Below, piece by piece: positions 40,744-50,530 of a stretch of DNA of 64,000 bases. The DNA lies in NCBI GenBank assembly GCA_963714015.1, contig OY970223.1:2080001-2144000 (forward strand), in the 5' to 3' direction. This stretch comes from Vulcanimicrobiota bacterium. GTDB taxonomy: Bacteria; Vulcanimicrobiota; Vulcanimicrobiia; Vulcanimicrobiales; Vulcanimicrobiaceae. The stretch's first letter is position 1. The number at the start of each line of letters is the position of its first letter. The notes under the pieces were generated by a model. The model was not told where the DNA came from. It made no database searches and saw only the letters and a program-made list of their open reading frames with translations. The translations under genes were made by a program, and so were the position numbers.

Positions 40744-43700
40744 TTACAATCGCCGCTGCAGGTAGAACTGGAATGTCGTTCCTGCGTTGTACGGCACTTG
40801 GAATGGGCCATTGGCGTTCGTTCCCAGGAAGTCGTCGCGCACGCCGGTGAACCAGAGCGCACTGCCAGGATAGGCGGTAGCCAGCGTTCCCGTCTGCGGG
40901 CCGGACACGCCCGTTGCGACCGGCTGGTACTGCTGGTTGGGATACCACAGCCCGTAGTGGTTGTTGAACACGTTGCCGACGTACGCGCCCAGCGTCCACG
41001 GCGTACCGGTTGGCGAATACTCGAGATCGAGGTCGAGCTCGCCGTGAGCCTTCGTGACGGCGTTGCCGGGAAGCGCCGGTTCCGAATAACCGCGCGAAGC
41101 ATCGATATTCGGCGAGAGATAGTTACCCGGATTCGCCGGATCGATGAAGTACGAGGCGTTGTACGCGTTACCCGGACCCTCTGGACCGCCAAGCGGCGTT
41201 GCCGCGCCGAAGTTGGTCTCGGGAATCCAAAGATACTGACCGTTTACCGCGCCGTACGTTTCCGATCCAACGCCGGTCGGGAAGCCGCCGTCGAATGCGA
41301 AGATCGGGTTGATTTTCCAACCGTTCGCGGTCTTCCAACTCAAGCCCAATCGGCCTTGGAAGGGCGGCAAGAATGCGCTGCGATACAATTCGCCGCTTCC
41401 GAACTCGTATTGGAAGAGGATCGGCAGTTGATCGTCGGCATAGTTCGTGTTGCCTTCGCCGACCGGCGGCGTGGACGAGAACTCGCTGATGTAGTTCATC
41501 GTCAAGAACCCGCTCAGGCCGGTCGGCCGATCGGGCGAAGTGAGCATGAACTCGAGCCCCGAGGTTTTTTCAACGCCGTTTGCCTGCGTTGCAAAGACCG
41601 CAGCGGAGGTCTGGCCGGTAATCGGATTGGGCGGAGTGTTTGAGAGAAGCGTGTTTTCTTCGACATTGTAGCCGCGGCGATAGAAGCCCGTAAGCTTCAT
41701 GCTGAAGCCCTTAACCGGGCCGCTTGTGAATTGGTGGGACCACTGCAGATCCCAATTGTTGTAGGTCGGTGGTCCGTACCCGCCAAGATCCGGCGCGTCG
41801 AAGTTCTGGTCGCCCAGCCAGTACAATGAGTCGGCGTAGTTCGGGCATTTGTAGAGATTGCCGGGACCGTTATACGCCGGAGATCCCGGCAGCGATGAGT
41901 TCCAGCCGCTGCCGCAGCCCGGCTGGGCCATGCTGTCCTTCGCGGGCATCTGATTGAAGAATGCCGGAACGTTCGAAAGATCGAACGGCGTTCCGGCCGT
42001 CTGCGCAAAGAAGAAGCTCACGGATCGCCCGTAGGAGAAGCGCAGCGCGTCGTCCGCGCCGATTTGGTACGAGGCGGCAAGACGCGGCTGCACCTCGCGC
42101 GGTCGCAAAAAGTCGTTGCCCAATCGCTGGCCCGGATCGACGTCCGACGGATTCGAAAGGGCCTCGGTGGTGAAGTTGTACGGGTTTTGCCCCCAATCCA
42201 GGCCGTCGGCGTCCAGACGCACGCCGTAGTCCACATGCAGACGCGAATTGACCGTCCATTGGTCGCGCAGCCCGATGCCGGCCTCATGGAAGATTGCGTG
42301 ATGATAATCGATCCCTTGAGTCGGAATGCGCGGCAACGAGCCGATGCCGTTCCACAAGCCGTGCGCCAGCATGTAGCTGTAGATATAGCAGGATCCGGCA
42401 GTCGTCGAGCCCGGGTAATCCGGACACGGATTGCCCGGGCTTACAGGCTGCATCGTGTTGGCGGGAAGATACCAGTCGGAGATGTCGGGCAAGAACGCCA
42501 TCCCGTCCGAGGCAAGACTTGCTTGGTTGACGCCCGCACCGCTGTATCCAAGGGTCTCCGCCGAAAACCACGGCGCCTGGAGGTTCCAACGCGGGAGATC
42601 GTCTTGGTACCGCACGGCGAGCGTGGTGGTGTGGTTCGCTCCGAATTGGTGCGTCAGGTCGATTTCCCCGAAGACGCGCTGGCCGCCCAACGCCTGGTCG
42701 GCTTCCTGGAACGAGCCGTCGTTGTAGGTTTGCGAGATGCTTTGATTATAGAAGTTGGCCCAGTTGGCGTTGAGGAAAGTCGTTGGATTGAGGTTCCAAG
42801 TGTAGCCGAGCTTGTTGAACGTCAGGGGCGTTGCAAAGGTTTGCGCGGCCGACGTCGGCAAAGCATTCGAGGACGGAACGCCGGGAAGCAGATAAACGGT
42901 AGCCGCATACTCCTGCGCCGGTGTTTGAATGACGTTCCCATTCGGGCCGGTCACACCTGGATAGGTAACAACCCACGGCGCCGCCGACAGCGCGTTGTAC
43001 GGATAGAACGTGGCTTGCTGCAAGCCGCCGTAGTTTCCGTACTGGTCCTCGTTCGAGAGGCGCATCAGCCACTGCAGCGACATGTTATTGTTGTGCCCGA
43101 ACCGCAACACGAAATTGTTTTGGAGGTCATCGTGGTCGATGCGGCTGACTCCGAAGTACTGACCGATTGTCGCCGCATCGGCGCCATACGGTGCATATTC
43201 CGGAACTTGGCGCGATCCGTCGTACGATAAGTAGTCGCTCAAGCGGTTGTTCGGGGTCGCCCAGGCGTAGTTCAGATCGAGCTGGTGATCGTAGTAGGGC
43301 GATGAGACCTGCGCATTCAGCATGCCCGTTGCCGGATAGGTTCCGCGCGGCGGCACGATGTTGATAACGCCGGCACCGATGTTGCCTTGTGTCGCGTCGC
43401 CGGAACCGGAAACGACCTGGAGCGATCCGCCGGTCCCGCCGGCGAGGTTGTTCAAATAGCCGCCGGTGCCGTTGGCTCCGCCGCCGCCGTTTCCGTCGAA
43501 GAACGGAATCGTGAAGTTGACGCCGTCGTACTGGTAGCCGAGTTCAACATTGAGCGAACCGCGAACCGTGATGTTGCCCTGCGAATCCAGCATTGCGCCC
43601 GGGGCAGCCAGAATCAGGTTTTGCTCATTGCTCGAGGCGACGTTTCCCAGCGCCTGAGTGATGCGCTGGCCGCTAATCGTCGTCACATCTTGCGTTTGCG

Positions 43701-44130
43701 TCGGCTGAAATGCGCCGCTGCGCGCGCGTGAGTTGACGTGAACGATCGTTTTTATCGAAGAACTCATTCGGACCACGCCGACACTGTCGGTCTCGTCGCC
43801 GAAGACTGCCACTCCGGGCTGTGAAACCGATTCGTAGCCGGTCTTCGTAAACGACACGGTATACGTGTCCGCCGGAAGGCCGAGCAGCGTGAAACGTCCG
43901 CCGGGATCGGTTGAACCGGTGAAGGAACCGGACGCCGATTGAGCGGCGATGCGAACGTCCGCGAGCGGCTTGCCGGTACTTGCATCTCGAACAGTTCCCG
44001 TTAAGTTTCCTTGCACGCCGCCCGCCGCAAATGCCGGCGCGAGTGACGTTGCGAACAAACTCAGCGTCATCAGAATCGTCGAGCAAATCGCCGCGCCCCG
44101 GCGCCGCCAAGGGCCATGGATTGAAGGCAT
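40744..44130 (-). CDS. TonB-dependent receptor
   Basis: Signal peptide, CarboxypepD_reg-like domain, plug VRGS...YQYDGV, beta strands (LRDQWTVNSRLHVDYGVR), C-terminal FQFYLQRRL. Confidence 0.9.
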   Translation of the reverse strand: MPSIHGPWRRRGAAICSTILMTLSLFATSLAPAFAAGGVQGNLTGTVRDASTGKPLADVRIAAQSASGSFTGSTDPGGRFTLLGLPADTYTVSFTKTGYESVSQPGVAVFGDETDSVGVVRMSSSIKTIVHVNSRARSGAFQPTQTQDVTTISGQRITQALGNVASSNEQNLILAAPGAMLDSQGNITVRGSLNVELGYQYDGVNFTIPFFDGNGGGGANGTGGYLNNLAGGTGGSLQVVSGSGDATQGNIGAGVINIVPPRGTYPATGMLNAQVSSPYYDHQLDLNYAWATPNNRLSDYLSYDGSRQVPEYAPYGADAATIGQYFGVSRIDHDDLQNNFVLRFGHNNNMSLQWLMRLSNEDQYGNYGGLQQATFYPYNALSAAPWVVTYPGVTGPNGNVIQTPAQEYAATVYLLPGVPSSNALPTSAAQTFATPLTFNKLGYTWNLNPTTFLNANWANFYNQSISQTYNDGSFQEADQALGGQRVFGEIDLTHQFGANHTTTLAVRYQDDLPRWNLQAPWFSAETLGYSGAGVNQASLASDGMAFLPDISDWYLPANTMQPVSPGNPCPDYPGSTTAGSCYIYSYMLAHGLWNGIGSLPRIPTQGIDYHHAIFHEAGIGLRDQWTVNSRLHVDYGVRLDADGLDWGQNPYNFTTEALSNPSDVDPGQRLGNDFLRPREVQPRLAASYQIGADDALRFSYGRSVSFFFAQTAGTPFDLSNVPAFFNQMPAKDSMAQPGCGSGWNSSLPGSPAYNGPGNLYKCPNYADSLYWLGDQNFDAPDLGGYGPPTYNNWDLQWSHQFTSGPVKGFSMKLTGFYRRGYNVEENTLLSNTPPNPITGQTSAAVFATQANGVEKTSGLEFMLTSPDRPTGLSGFLTMNYISEFSSTPPVGEGNTNYADDQLPILFQYEFGSGELYRSAFLPPFQGRLGLSWKTANGWKINPIFAFDGGFPTGVGSETYGAVNGQYLWIPETNFGAATPLGGPEGPGNAYNASYFIDPANPGNYLSPNIDASRGYSEPALPGNAVTKAHGELDLDLEYSPTGTPWTLGAYVGNVFNNHYGLWYPNQQYQPVATGVSGPQTGTLATAYPGSALWFTGVRDDFLGTNANGPFQVPYNAGTTFQFYLQRRL

Positions 44131-44294
44131 AGTGTGATGCTCCTGTATGTGCCGGGCGGCCTAGGCGATCGAGTCACCGTTGTTTCCTTGTTTCCGACGG
44201 TCGCGATTGCCGCCGTCTTCCCCGGGGGCGCAGCTTCACGCATGCACCCACGATCATTGTAGCGAAGCGTTAGCGCTTACGTCATAACACGAGC

Positions 44295-45035
44295 TCAGTC
44301 AATTTTGCGCGAATTCTTCTGCTGCAAACGGTATCGCATCGGTGTTAGGCCGGTCGACTTCTTAAATGCACTAGCAAAGTATGATCGATCCGGAAACCCG
44401 GCAGCAAGCGCGACCTCGGCAATGCTGGCGGACTCGCCACATAGCAGTGCGCATGCCGATCGGATGCGGCAGGCGAGCAGATACGCGTACGGCGTCGTGC
44501 CGGTCGCTGCTTTGAACTGCCTTAAGCACGCGAACGTGGAAAGCCCGGAGATAGACGCCATGCGCCTAAGCGTGAATTCGTTGTGTGAGTCGCGTTCGAT
44601 CAATCGCTTGAGATGCAACATTCGCAGCGGGATTCCGCGACGCCCGCGAACCCGCGAACGCTGCGAGGCCAATTCGAAGGCCTTGAAAATGAGCGACTCG
44701 AAGCGCTCGTCGTCATCACAGCGGGAAGCGGTGCGCAGCAAAGGTAGTATACCATTTGCCGGGATCCGCTCGCGTCCAAAAATAGGCCCGATGCCGGAGT
44801 CGATCGCACCCGTCGGCAAGGCCGCGAAAAGCCGTTCTTTGGGGGTGCCTTGAAGTTCGATAGTAATGCTATGCGAGTAAGTTAGGACCGTTTCCATTCC
44901 ACTTGATAAGGGCGCAGCCGCGATGCGCAGCAACGCGGCGTATTCGGTAATTCGAGCAAATCGAACGCTATCAAACTGCCTCTCGGCACGAACGCTCTCA
45001 AGGCTCGCTTCGAGTGCGCTAGAGCAGAACCTCAA
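44295..45035 (-). CDS. AraC-family HTH domain (probably the C-terminal part of a wHTH-AraC fusion)
   Basis: TLRRMASISGLS...FKAATGTTP...SIAEVALAAGFPDRSYFASAFKKSTGLTP. Confidence 0.8.
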   Translation of the reverse strand: MRFCSSALEASLESVRAERQFDSVRFARITEYAALLRIAAAPLSSGMETVLTYSHSITIELQGTPKERLFAALPTGAIDSGIGPIFGRERIPANGILPLLRTASRCDDDERFESLIFKAFELASQRSRVRGRRGIPLRMLHLKRLIERDSHNEFTLRRMASISGLSTFACLRQFKAATGTTPYAYLLACRIRSACALLCGESASIAEVALAAGFPDRSYFASAFKKSTGLTPMRYRLQQKNSRKID

Positions 45036-45333
45036 ACCGGTAACCGCATCCCGGAATGGTCGCGATATGTTTTGTTTGCGGATCGTGCCGTCCGAGCGTT
45101 TGCCTTAGACGGTACATGCATTGTGCAAGCGCAGCGTCCGTTACGTCGGCCTGCCTCCAGACGGCGTTCGCTATTGCGTCTTTGCTGAGGATAACTCCGG
45201 GCGACGTTGCAAGCAGGAGTAGCAAATCGATCTCCTTAGGGCGAAGGGCGACGAACGATGAACGATGCCGCAGTGTTCGAGACGGTACATCCAGTACGAA
45301 TTCTCCAAATGCAATTTCTCTCAAGCGCTTCAC
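45019..45333 (-). CDS. OmpR/CadC-type winged-helix DNA-binding domain
   Basis: FGEFVLD...LRPKEIDLLLLL...AVW...LRQTLG...IATIPGCGYRF. Confidence 0.8.
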   Translation of the reverse strand: MKRLREIAFGEFVLDVPSRTLRHRSSFVALRPKEIDLLLLLATSPGVILSKDAIANAVWRQADVTDAALAQCMYRLRQTLGRHDPQTKHIATIPGCGYRFEVLL

Positions 45334-45517
45334 TCCGCAAAACGACTATGTACGTCGGCGTGCTTCCGCGTTACAAGATCATACAACGCCACTGCCGTCT
45401 CTTTGTGACGTCGATACGGACTTGCAGCGAACTGCGATTTTCGTGCAGGGAGCGGTATCGCGCATAGTGCGCCTATTAGCGTACGATTAGTAGAATCGGA
45501 GGTCGCGTCGTCAGCGT

Positions 45518-46306
45518 ATGAAGAGAGCAACGTTTACCGCGCTGGCCGGCGCCATTGCCGGAATGCTTGCGACAAAATCGTTCCCTGTGGATTCGGCGGT
45601 ACCACATGCGGCGCCTCAAGACACGCAGCGCGTTGCAATGCTCGTGTATCCAGGGATGACGGCGCTCGACATGATCGCACCTCAGCTCGTTTTCGATGTG
45701 CTTGGAAATACCGACGTCCAACTTGTATGGAAAGATCGCCGGACCATCCAAAGCGATACGGGCGTGCCGATCGTTCCAACGCAATCGTTTGACGAGGTCG
45801 CGCCCGACCTAACGGTGCTGTTCGCTCCGGGAGGCTCGAAGTCGTATCCCATGATGAACGACCCTGACGTCGTCCGATTTCTGCAGCGCGTCGGTCCAAG
45901 CGCCGAATACGTTACGAGCGTTTGTACCGGATCGCTCATTCTTGGCTCAGCCGGACTGCTGCGCGGCTACCGCGCGACCACGCATTGGGTCGTTCACGAC
46001 GTGCTCGCAACGCTCGGCGCGATCCCCGTCACCAAGCGCGTCGTCATCGATCGGAACCGAATCACCGGCGCCGGCGTTACCGCAGGTCTGGACTTCGGAC
46101 TGACTATGGCTTCGAAACTTCGCGGTGACGATTACGCTCGCATGCTGCAGCTGCTGTTTGAGTACGATCCGCAGCCTCCGTTCGATGCCGGAAGCGAGGC
46201 GAAAGCCGGAGACAAGATCGACCGCGACGCTCGCGCCGTCTTTGCGTCCCAAGTCGCATCGGCGCAAAAGGAAGCCGCGTTCGCACGCCGCCGCCTTGCC
46301 CTGTAA
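45518..46306 (+). CDS. DJ-1/PfpI family protein (isonitrile hydratase-like) with export signal
   Basis: TALDMIAP, SVCTGS, ATTHW, GAGVTAGLD, EYDPQPPF. Confidence 0.9.
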   Translation: MKRATFTALAGAIAGMLATKSFPVDSAVPHAAPQDTQRVAMLVYPGMTALDMIAPQLVFDVLGNTDVQLVWKDRRTIQSDTGVPIVPTQSFDEVAPDLTVLFAPGGSKSYPMMNDPDVVRFLQRVGPSAEYVTSVCTGSLILGSAGLLRGYRATTHWVVHDVLATLGAIPVTKRVVIDRNRITGAGVTAGLDFGLTMASKLRGDDYARMLQLLFEYDPQPPFDAGSEAKAGDKIDRDARAVFASQVASAQKEAAFARRRLAL

Positions 46307-46348
46307 ACACGCGTATTTATGAGACTGAGTTTGCTTTAGAGGTCACTT

Positions 46349-47041
46349 ATGAGGAACATCACCTGCGCACCCTTAATCGTCTTACTTGCTTCTTGCGCGC
46401 GAGCATACGGGCAGTTGCCGGCGGACGGTCCTTATCCGACGATGGCGCCCATCTCGCAGTATCTGATGCCTCGTGCCGTTGAAATCCAGATGGCGCGCAG
46501 CGCAGCACCGGCGTCGATCTCCGGAAACGCTCAGGTGCTCGTGCTTACCAAGAGCGGCTACGTAGTTGCCGCGAACGGGAGCAATGGCTGGGTCTGCCTA
46601 GTCGGGCGCATGTGGAGTGCAGGTCTGGACGATCCCGAATTTTGGAATCCGAAGGGGCGTGGGGCGGCCTGTCTGAATCCGCCGGCCGTGCAAAGCGTGC
46701 TGCCGTTTTACGTCGCTCGCGCAAAGTGGGCCCTGGCCGGTGACACGCGCGACGAGATCGCAAAGAAGTCGTACGCAGCCTACGCCGATCATCAGTTCAC
46801 CGAACCGCGCGGATTCGCATTGATGCTCTCGAAGGAAAGTTACCTGAATGACGGCGTGAAGGGCCCATGGCGCCCTCACATTATGCCGTTCGTCGCCAAA
46901 GACGAATTGGGCACCTGGGCCGCAAATTTCAAGGGGTCACCCATCCTTTCACCGGCGACGGATACGTTCCGCTCGTACGAACCGGTGACGCTCGTTATCC
47001 TGGCCCCGTTCTGGTCGGACGGGTCGCCGGCTCCGAAGTAA
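46349..47041 (+). CDS. Secreted hypothetical protein
   Basis: Signal/lipobox-like LASC; GAGG RBS; intact 230-aa ORF. Confidence 0.75.
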   Translation: MRNITCAPLIVLLASCARAYGQLPADGPYPTMAPISQYLMPRAVEIQMARSAAPASISGNAQVLVLTKSGYVVAANGSNGWVCLVGRMWSAGLDDPEFWNPKGRGAACLNPPAVQSVLPFYVARAKWALAGDTRDEIAKKSYAAYADHQFTEPRGFALMLSKESYLNDGVKGPWRPHIMPFVAKDELGTWAANFKGSPILSPATDTFRSYEPVTLVILAPFWSDGSPAPK

Positions 47042-47078
47042 CGCGATCTACTGCAACAAAGACGGGGAGACTCTTCAA

Positions 47079-47561
47079 ATGTCGAGGTTTACGGCGATAT
47101 TACCGGCTCTTGTTCTCCTTTTCTTGCCGACCTTATCCGTTTCAGTGGGCGCTAAGGAGGGCGCCTCGCCGGAAGCCTTAACCGTCCAGAGCGCGCTAAC
47201 CACCGAAGAGCGGATCTCGAGCGCGCTGCAAGCGAACGACACCTCCGCGCTGCGGGAGCTATTGGCTCCCGACTGGATCGTGATCAGCGCCTACGGCGGT
47301 CGAACGAGCCGGGGCGACATCCTCGAGGCGATCAAAACCGGAATTTGGATTCATACCAAGGTCGCGATTTCGAATCCGCGCATCCGGATTTACGGCAGAG
47401 TGGCGCTCGTAACGACCCACGCGAGCGAGTCCGGCATTTCGATGCACAAACCGTACTCCGACGTCCAAGAGTGCCAAACCGACGTTCTTTATTGGAAGAA
47501 TGGGGCGTGGAAGTCCGAGCTCTTGCACGAGTCGTTCAATAAAGCCCCATCGAACTGCTAA
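47079..47561 (+). CDS. NTF2/DUF4440-like secreted protein
   Basis: LRELLAPDW...RIRIYGRVALVT...TDVLYWKNGAWK...HES. Confidence 0.8.
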   Translation: MSRFTAILPALVLLFLPTLSVSVGAKEGASPEALTVQSALTTEERISSALQANDTSALRELLAPDWIVISAYGGRTSRGDILEAIKTGIWIHTKVAISNPRIRIYGRVALVTTHASESGISMHKPYSDVQECQTDVLYWKNGAWKSELLHESFNKAPSNC

Positions 47562-47634
47562 GCGATCACTTCGCTGCTGCTCAATAGGGAGGCCGAACTG
47601 GTCGAGGAACGCTGAGTGAATAAGGTATTTAATT

Positions 47635-48029
47635 ATGATGCGTCAGGCACGGGGCCGGTTTACGAACACCGCTCACATCGCGACTTCTCTTGGACCAGAT
47701 GATACCGCCGGCCGGTCCCGCATAACGGTGCAACGAGTTTCTAGCGAGATCTTGCAGGCCAAGGCGGCGGCGAGCTTCTTGTGTGTCGCACCGGCACGGA
47801 GACGTTCGGTTATGCCGGGATGGACGAGTTTCGCGAAACGATTGAGGGAAGGGAGGGAAGCTTCGTATACCAACACGGCGGATTGCACGACGCCCATGCG
47901 TCAAGCGCTTTCGGGTTCATCGTAAGTCATTCCGGGACTGGCGGGCTTAGGGAGATCACCGGTAACGTGGAAATTAGCGTTACGGAAAACGACGAGCACC
48001 GCATCACGTTGGATTATGATTTGCCCTAA
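47635..48029 (+). CDS. DUF3224 family protein (frameshift at ~47745)
   Basis: GDLAGQG...YAGMDEF..TIEGREGSFVYQH...SGTGGLREITG...HRITLDYDLP. Confidence 0.75.
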
Positions 48030-48095
48030 AAGCGGAATGTCGTTTCAGCAGCAAATTTATGAATTGATCCGGCGAATGCGGGGTAAGATGGCAGC

Positions 48096-48437
48096 ATGAA
48101 ACATAAGACTGCTGCAATTGTCCTTGCGATAACAGCGCTCGCGTTTGCGTCCCCCCGCGCGGCGCTCGCTGCATCGACGTTCTACGGAATCACCAAGCAC
48201 GTGTCCGTAAATAATATTAAGGTTTACAACCCCAAATCCAAGCAGACGTTGAGTTTCGTGATCCTTCCGAAATTCGACCGAGTTTTCTCGGGTGACGGGA
48301 AAACGACGTATCAAATGAAGGACGTCAAGGCCGGCCGTTATGTCGGCATAATCTACGATCAGTCGGTCCTGGGCGCGCGTCACGCTGACAGGATTTATCT
48401 GCTGAACAACGCGAACGCGCGAATCAGCGCGCAGTAG
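48096..48437 (+). CDS. Small secreted hypothetical protein
   Basis: Clear signal peptide ending ALA; TAAGAT 6 nt upstream of the ATG. Confidence 0.75.
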   Translation: MKHKTAAIVLAITALAFASPRAALAASTFYGITKHVSVNNIKVYNPKSKQTLSFVILPKFDRVFSGDGKTTYQMKDVKAGRYVGIIYDQSVLGARHADRIYLLNNANARISAQ

Positions 48438-48494
48438 ACCGTCGGCGTTGAGCGGCCGGGTCACATCGGCGGCCGCTCGATCTATGTATCAGCC

Positions 48495-49346
48495 ATGATC
48501 GGATCCGCTCAACGCTTTTTCGCCGTGGCGGCACTATCGGCTGCGCTGGGTGCCGGAATCTTGCCCGCGCCCGTAATCTTCGAGCCTACGATCGTAGTGA
48601 ATAACGACAGTACGCCGAGCTTTACGCCGGACGGCAGCATGATGATTTTCGCGCAGGGCGACGCAAAGAATCATGACACAATTGTGGAGTCGCACCTCGC
48701 CGGAGGACACTGGACGGCGCCCGTCGCCGTGCCGTTCTCCGGTAAGTATCAGGATATGGACCCGGTTTTTTCCCCGGATGGAACGTATGCGATCTTCTCA
48801 TCGCTCCGTCCGCTGGCGCCGAAGAAAGGCGTTGCGGCGAACCTTTGGCGCGTCGACCGTACGGCGGCAGGCTGGGGGACGCCGGTGAAGCTTCCCCCCA
48901 GCGTGAACGACGGCGCTTTCAACGTGGCACCGAGCATTGCGCGGGACGGTACACTCTACTTTCTGCACATTCGGAATCACTTGCACGAGCTCTACCGCGC
49001 AGCACTCGAGGGAAGTACCTATGCTACGGCGACGCCATTAGCGTTCAGCGCCGGAGAGAAGGGCGACTACGACCCCGGGATTGCGCCGGATCAATCGTTC
49101 CTGGTTTTCGCGAGTACGAGCCGCAATGGAAGCAGCAACATCGAACATTTGTATATCTCGTCTAACCGCAACGGCACCTGGAGCACGCCGCGGCCGTTGC
49201 GTTATGCCGGCGACTACGCGGCGCCCGGCAACGACGCATCACCACTCGTCTCAGCCGACGGCAGGACGCTGTTTTTCTCGAGCGATCGCAAAGGAAATTT
49301 CGCCTGGAAGCTGCCGCTGGACGATACTTCAGGCGATACGCGTTAA
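48495..49346 (+). CDS. PD40/TolB-like beta-propeller protein, secreted
   Basis: PSFTPDG, PVFSPDG, PGIAPD, PLVSADGRTLFFSSDR. Confidence 0.85.
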   Translation: MIGSAQRFFAVAALSAALGAGILPAPVIFEPTIVVNNDSTPSFTPDGSMMIFAQGDAKNHDTIVESHLAGGHWTAPVAVPFSGKYQDMDPVFSPDGTYAIFSSLRPLAPKKGVAANLWRVDRTAAGWGTPVKLPPSVNDGAFNVAPSIARDGTLYFLHIRNHLHELYRAALEGSTYATATPLAFSAGEKGDYDPGIAPDQSFLVFASTSRNGSSNIEHLYISSNRNGTWSTPRPLRYAGDYAAPGNDASPLVSADGRTLFFSSDRKGNFAWKLPLDDTSGDTR

Positions 49347-49516
49347 TTTCTCGCGACGACCTGTCTGCTGCTTTCGGTGCCCGTCCCATTCCGGACTGGC
49401 GGCGGAAGGTGGTGTTTGACGAAACGCGCAAATATTCAACCGAGTCTTGAATGCTAATGAACGGGGTGGCTTGTGCATTTTCGCGGTAACATCTCCATTT
49501 TTACGATCCCGGCCTG

Positions 49517-50425
49517 GTGCGAGCGTTGAGCGCGCCGTTGATCCCCGCTGCGGCGGTTCGCTACGGCGCTTTCGTAAATGCGGCGTATGCAATGCATTTC
49601 GAAAAGACTGGGGATCCGCTTCACCCGCGGCCGAGTATGCCTGAAGGTTGGACGATGCGCTCCTGGCTGCTGATGTCCGATTTTGCTTTCGGCGACGTCT
49701 CTGCGAAGTTCTACGGCTTCATCGCTCAGAACGACGAGGAGCCCACACAATTCGTGCTTGCGCTGCGGGGTACCGAAGGGATGGTGGAATGGTGGGACGA
49801 CGCGCACTGCTTGCCGGTGCCGTTCCGCTACGTGCCCGACGCTGGGAAAGTCGCCGAGGGCTTCGACAAGATCTATCAAACGCTCGACATTGTGGACGCA
49901 CCGCTTCCGGCCGCCGAGAGCGCGTTCGTGCAACGCAATCCGGAAGCGCAGCCGGACGCAGCGGGGACGTTTGCCCAGCGCGTTTCACGTTCGTTGCACC
50001 GGCATGCCTTGCGGCGCGCGAAGATCAAAGGTGTGACTCCCAAAGCGGAACAGCTCGTCGTGACTGCACATAGCTTGGGTGCGGCGCTCGCCACCTTGTT
50101 CGCGGTGGAGAACGATCGCAACGGCTCGGTCAACGTGACGACCGTGTGTACGTTCGCAAGCCCGCGCGTAGGCAACCAAGAGTTTGCGGACGCGTTCGGC
50201 CGGTTGAACCTGCCCGCATCCTGGCGCGTGTACGTCGATCAGGACTTCGTTCCCAAAATTCCGCCGAGCCTATTGGGCTATCGGCACGTCGATGATTCGT
50301 ACGGCTACGATTGTTCCGGCAAAGTTCGATGCTCGCCGGTATGCTGGCACGCCATGGCCACGCATCTATCGATGCTCGATCCGTCGATTCCCATTACAGC
50401 CGACTGCGCCCGTCAGGGAATCTAG
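49517..50425 (+). CDS. Lipase class 3 family protein
   Basis: ALRGT, AHSLG, TFASPRVGN, DFVPKIPP. Confidence 0.88.
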   Translation: MRALSAPLIPAAAVRYGAFVNAAYAMHFEKTGDPLHPRPSMPEGWTMRSWLLMSDFAFGDVSAKFYGFIAQNDEEPTQFVLALRGTEGMVEWWDDAHCLPVPFRYVPDAGKVAEGFDKIYQTLDIVDAPLPAAESAFVQRNPEAQPDAAGTFAQRVSRSLHRHALRRAKIKGVTPKAEQLVVTAHSLGAALATLFAVENDRNGSVNVTTVCTFASPRVGNQEFADAFGRLNLPASWRVYVDQDFVPKIPPSLLGYRHVDDSYGYDCSGKVRCSPVCWHAMATHLSMLDPSIPITADCARQGI

Positions 50426-50530
50426 TGTTGCATCATGGCTGCGACGCGATAGTCAGCGCGGTAGCCCGGGCCGATTGACCCAATCCATTTAGCGGATGAC
50501 GCTGCACGGCACTGCGGCTACGATAACTGG

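Noticed and set aside
40576..43230. Long + strand ORFs antisense to the TBDR (355 and 388 aa), and similar shadow ORFs elsewhere
   Set aside because: Typical GC-rich antisense shadows with no protein-like motifs.
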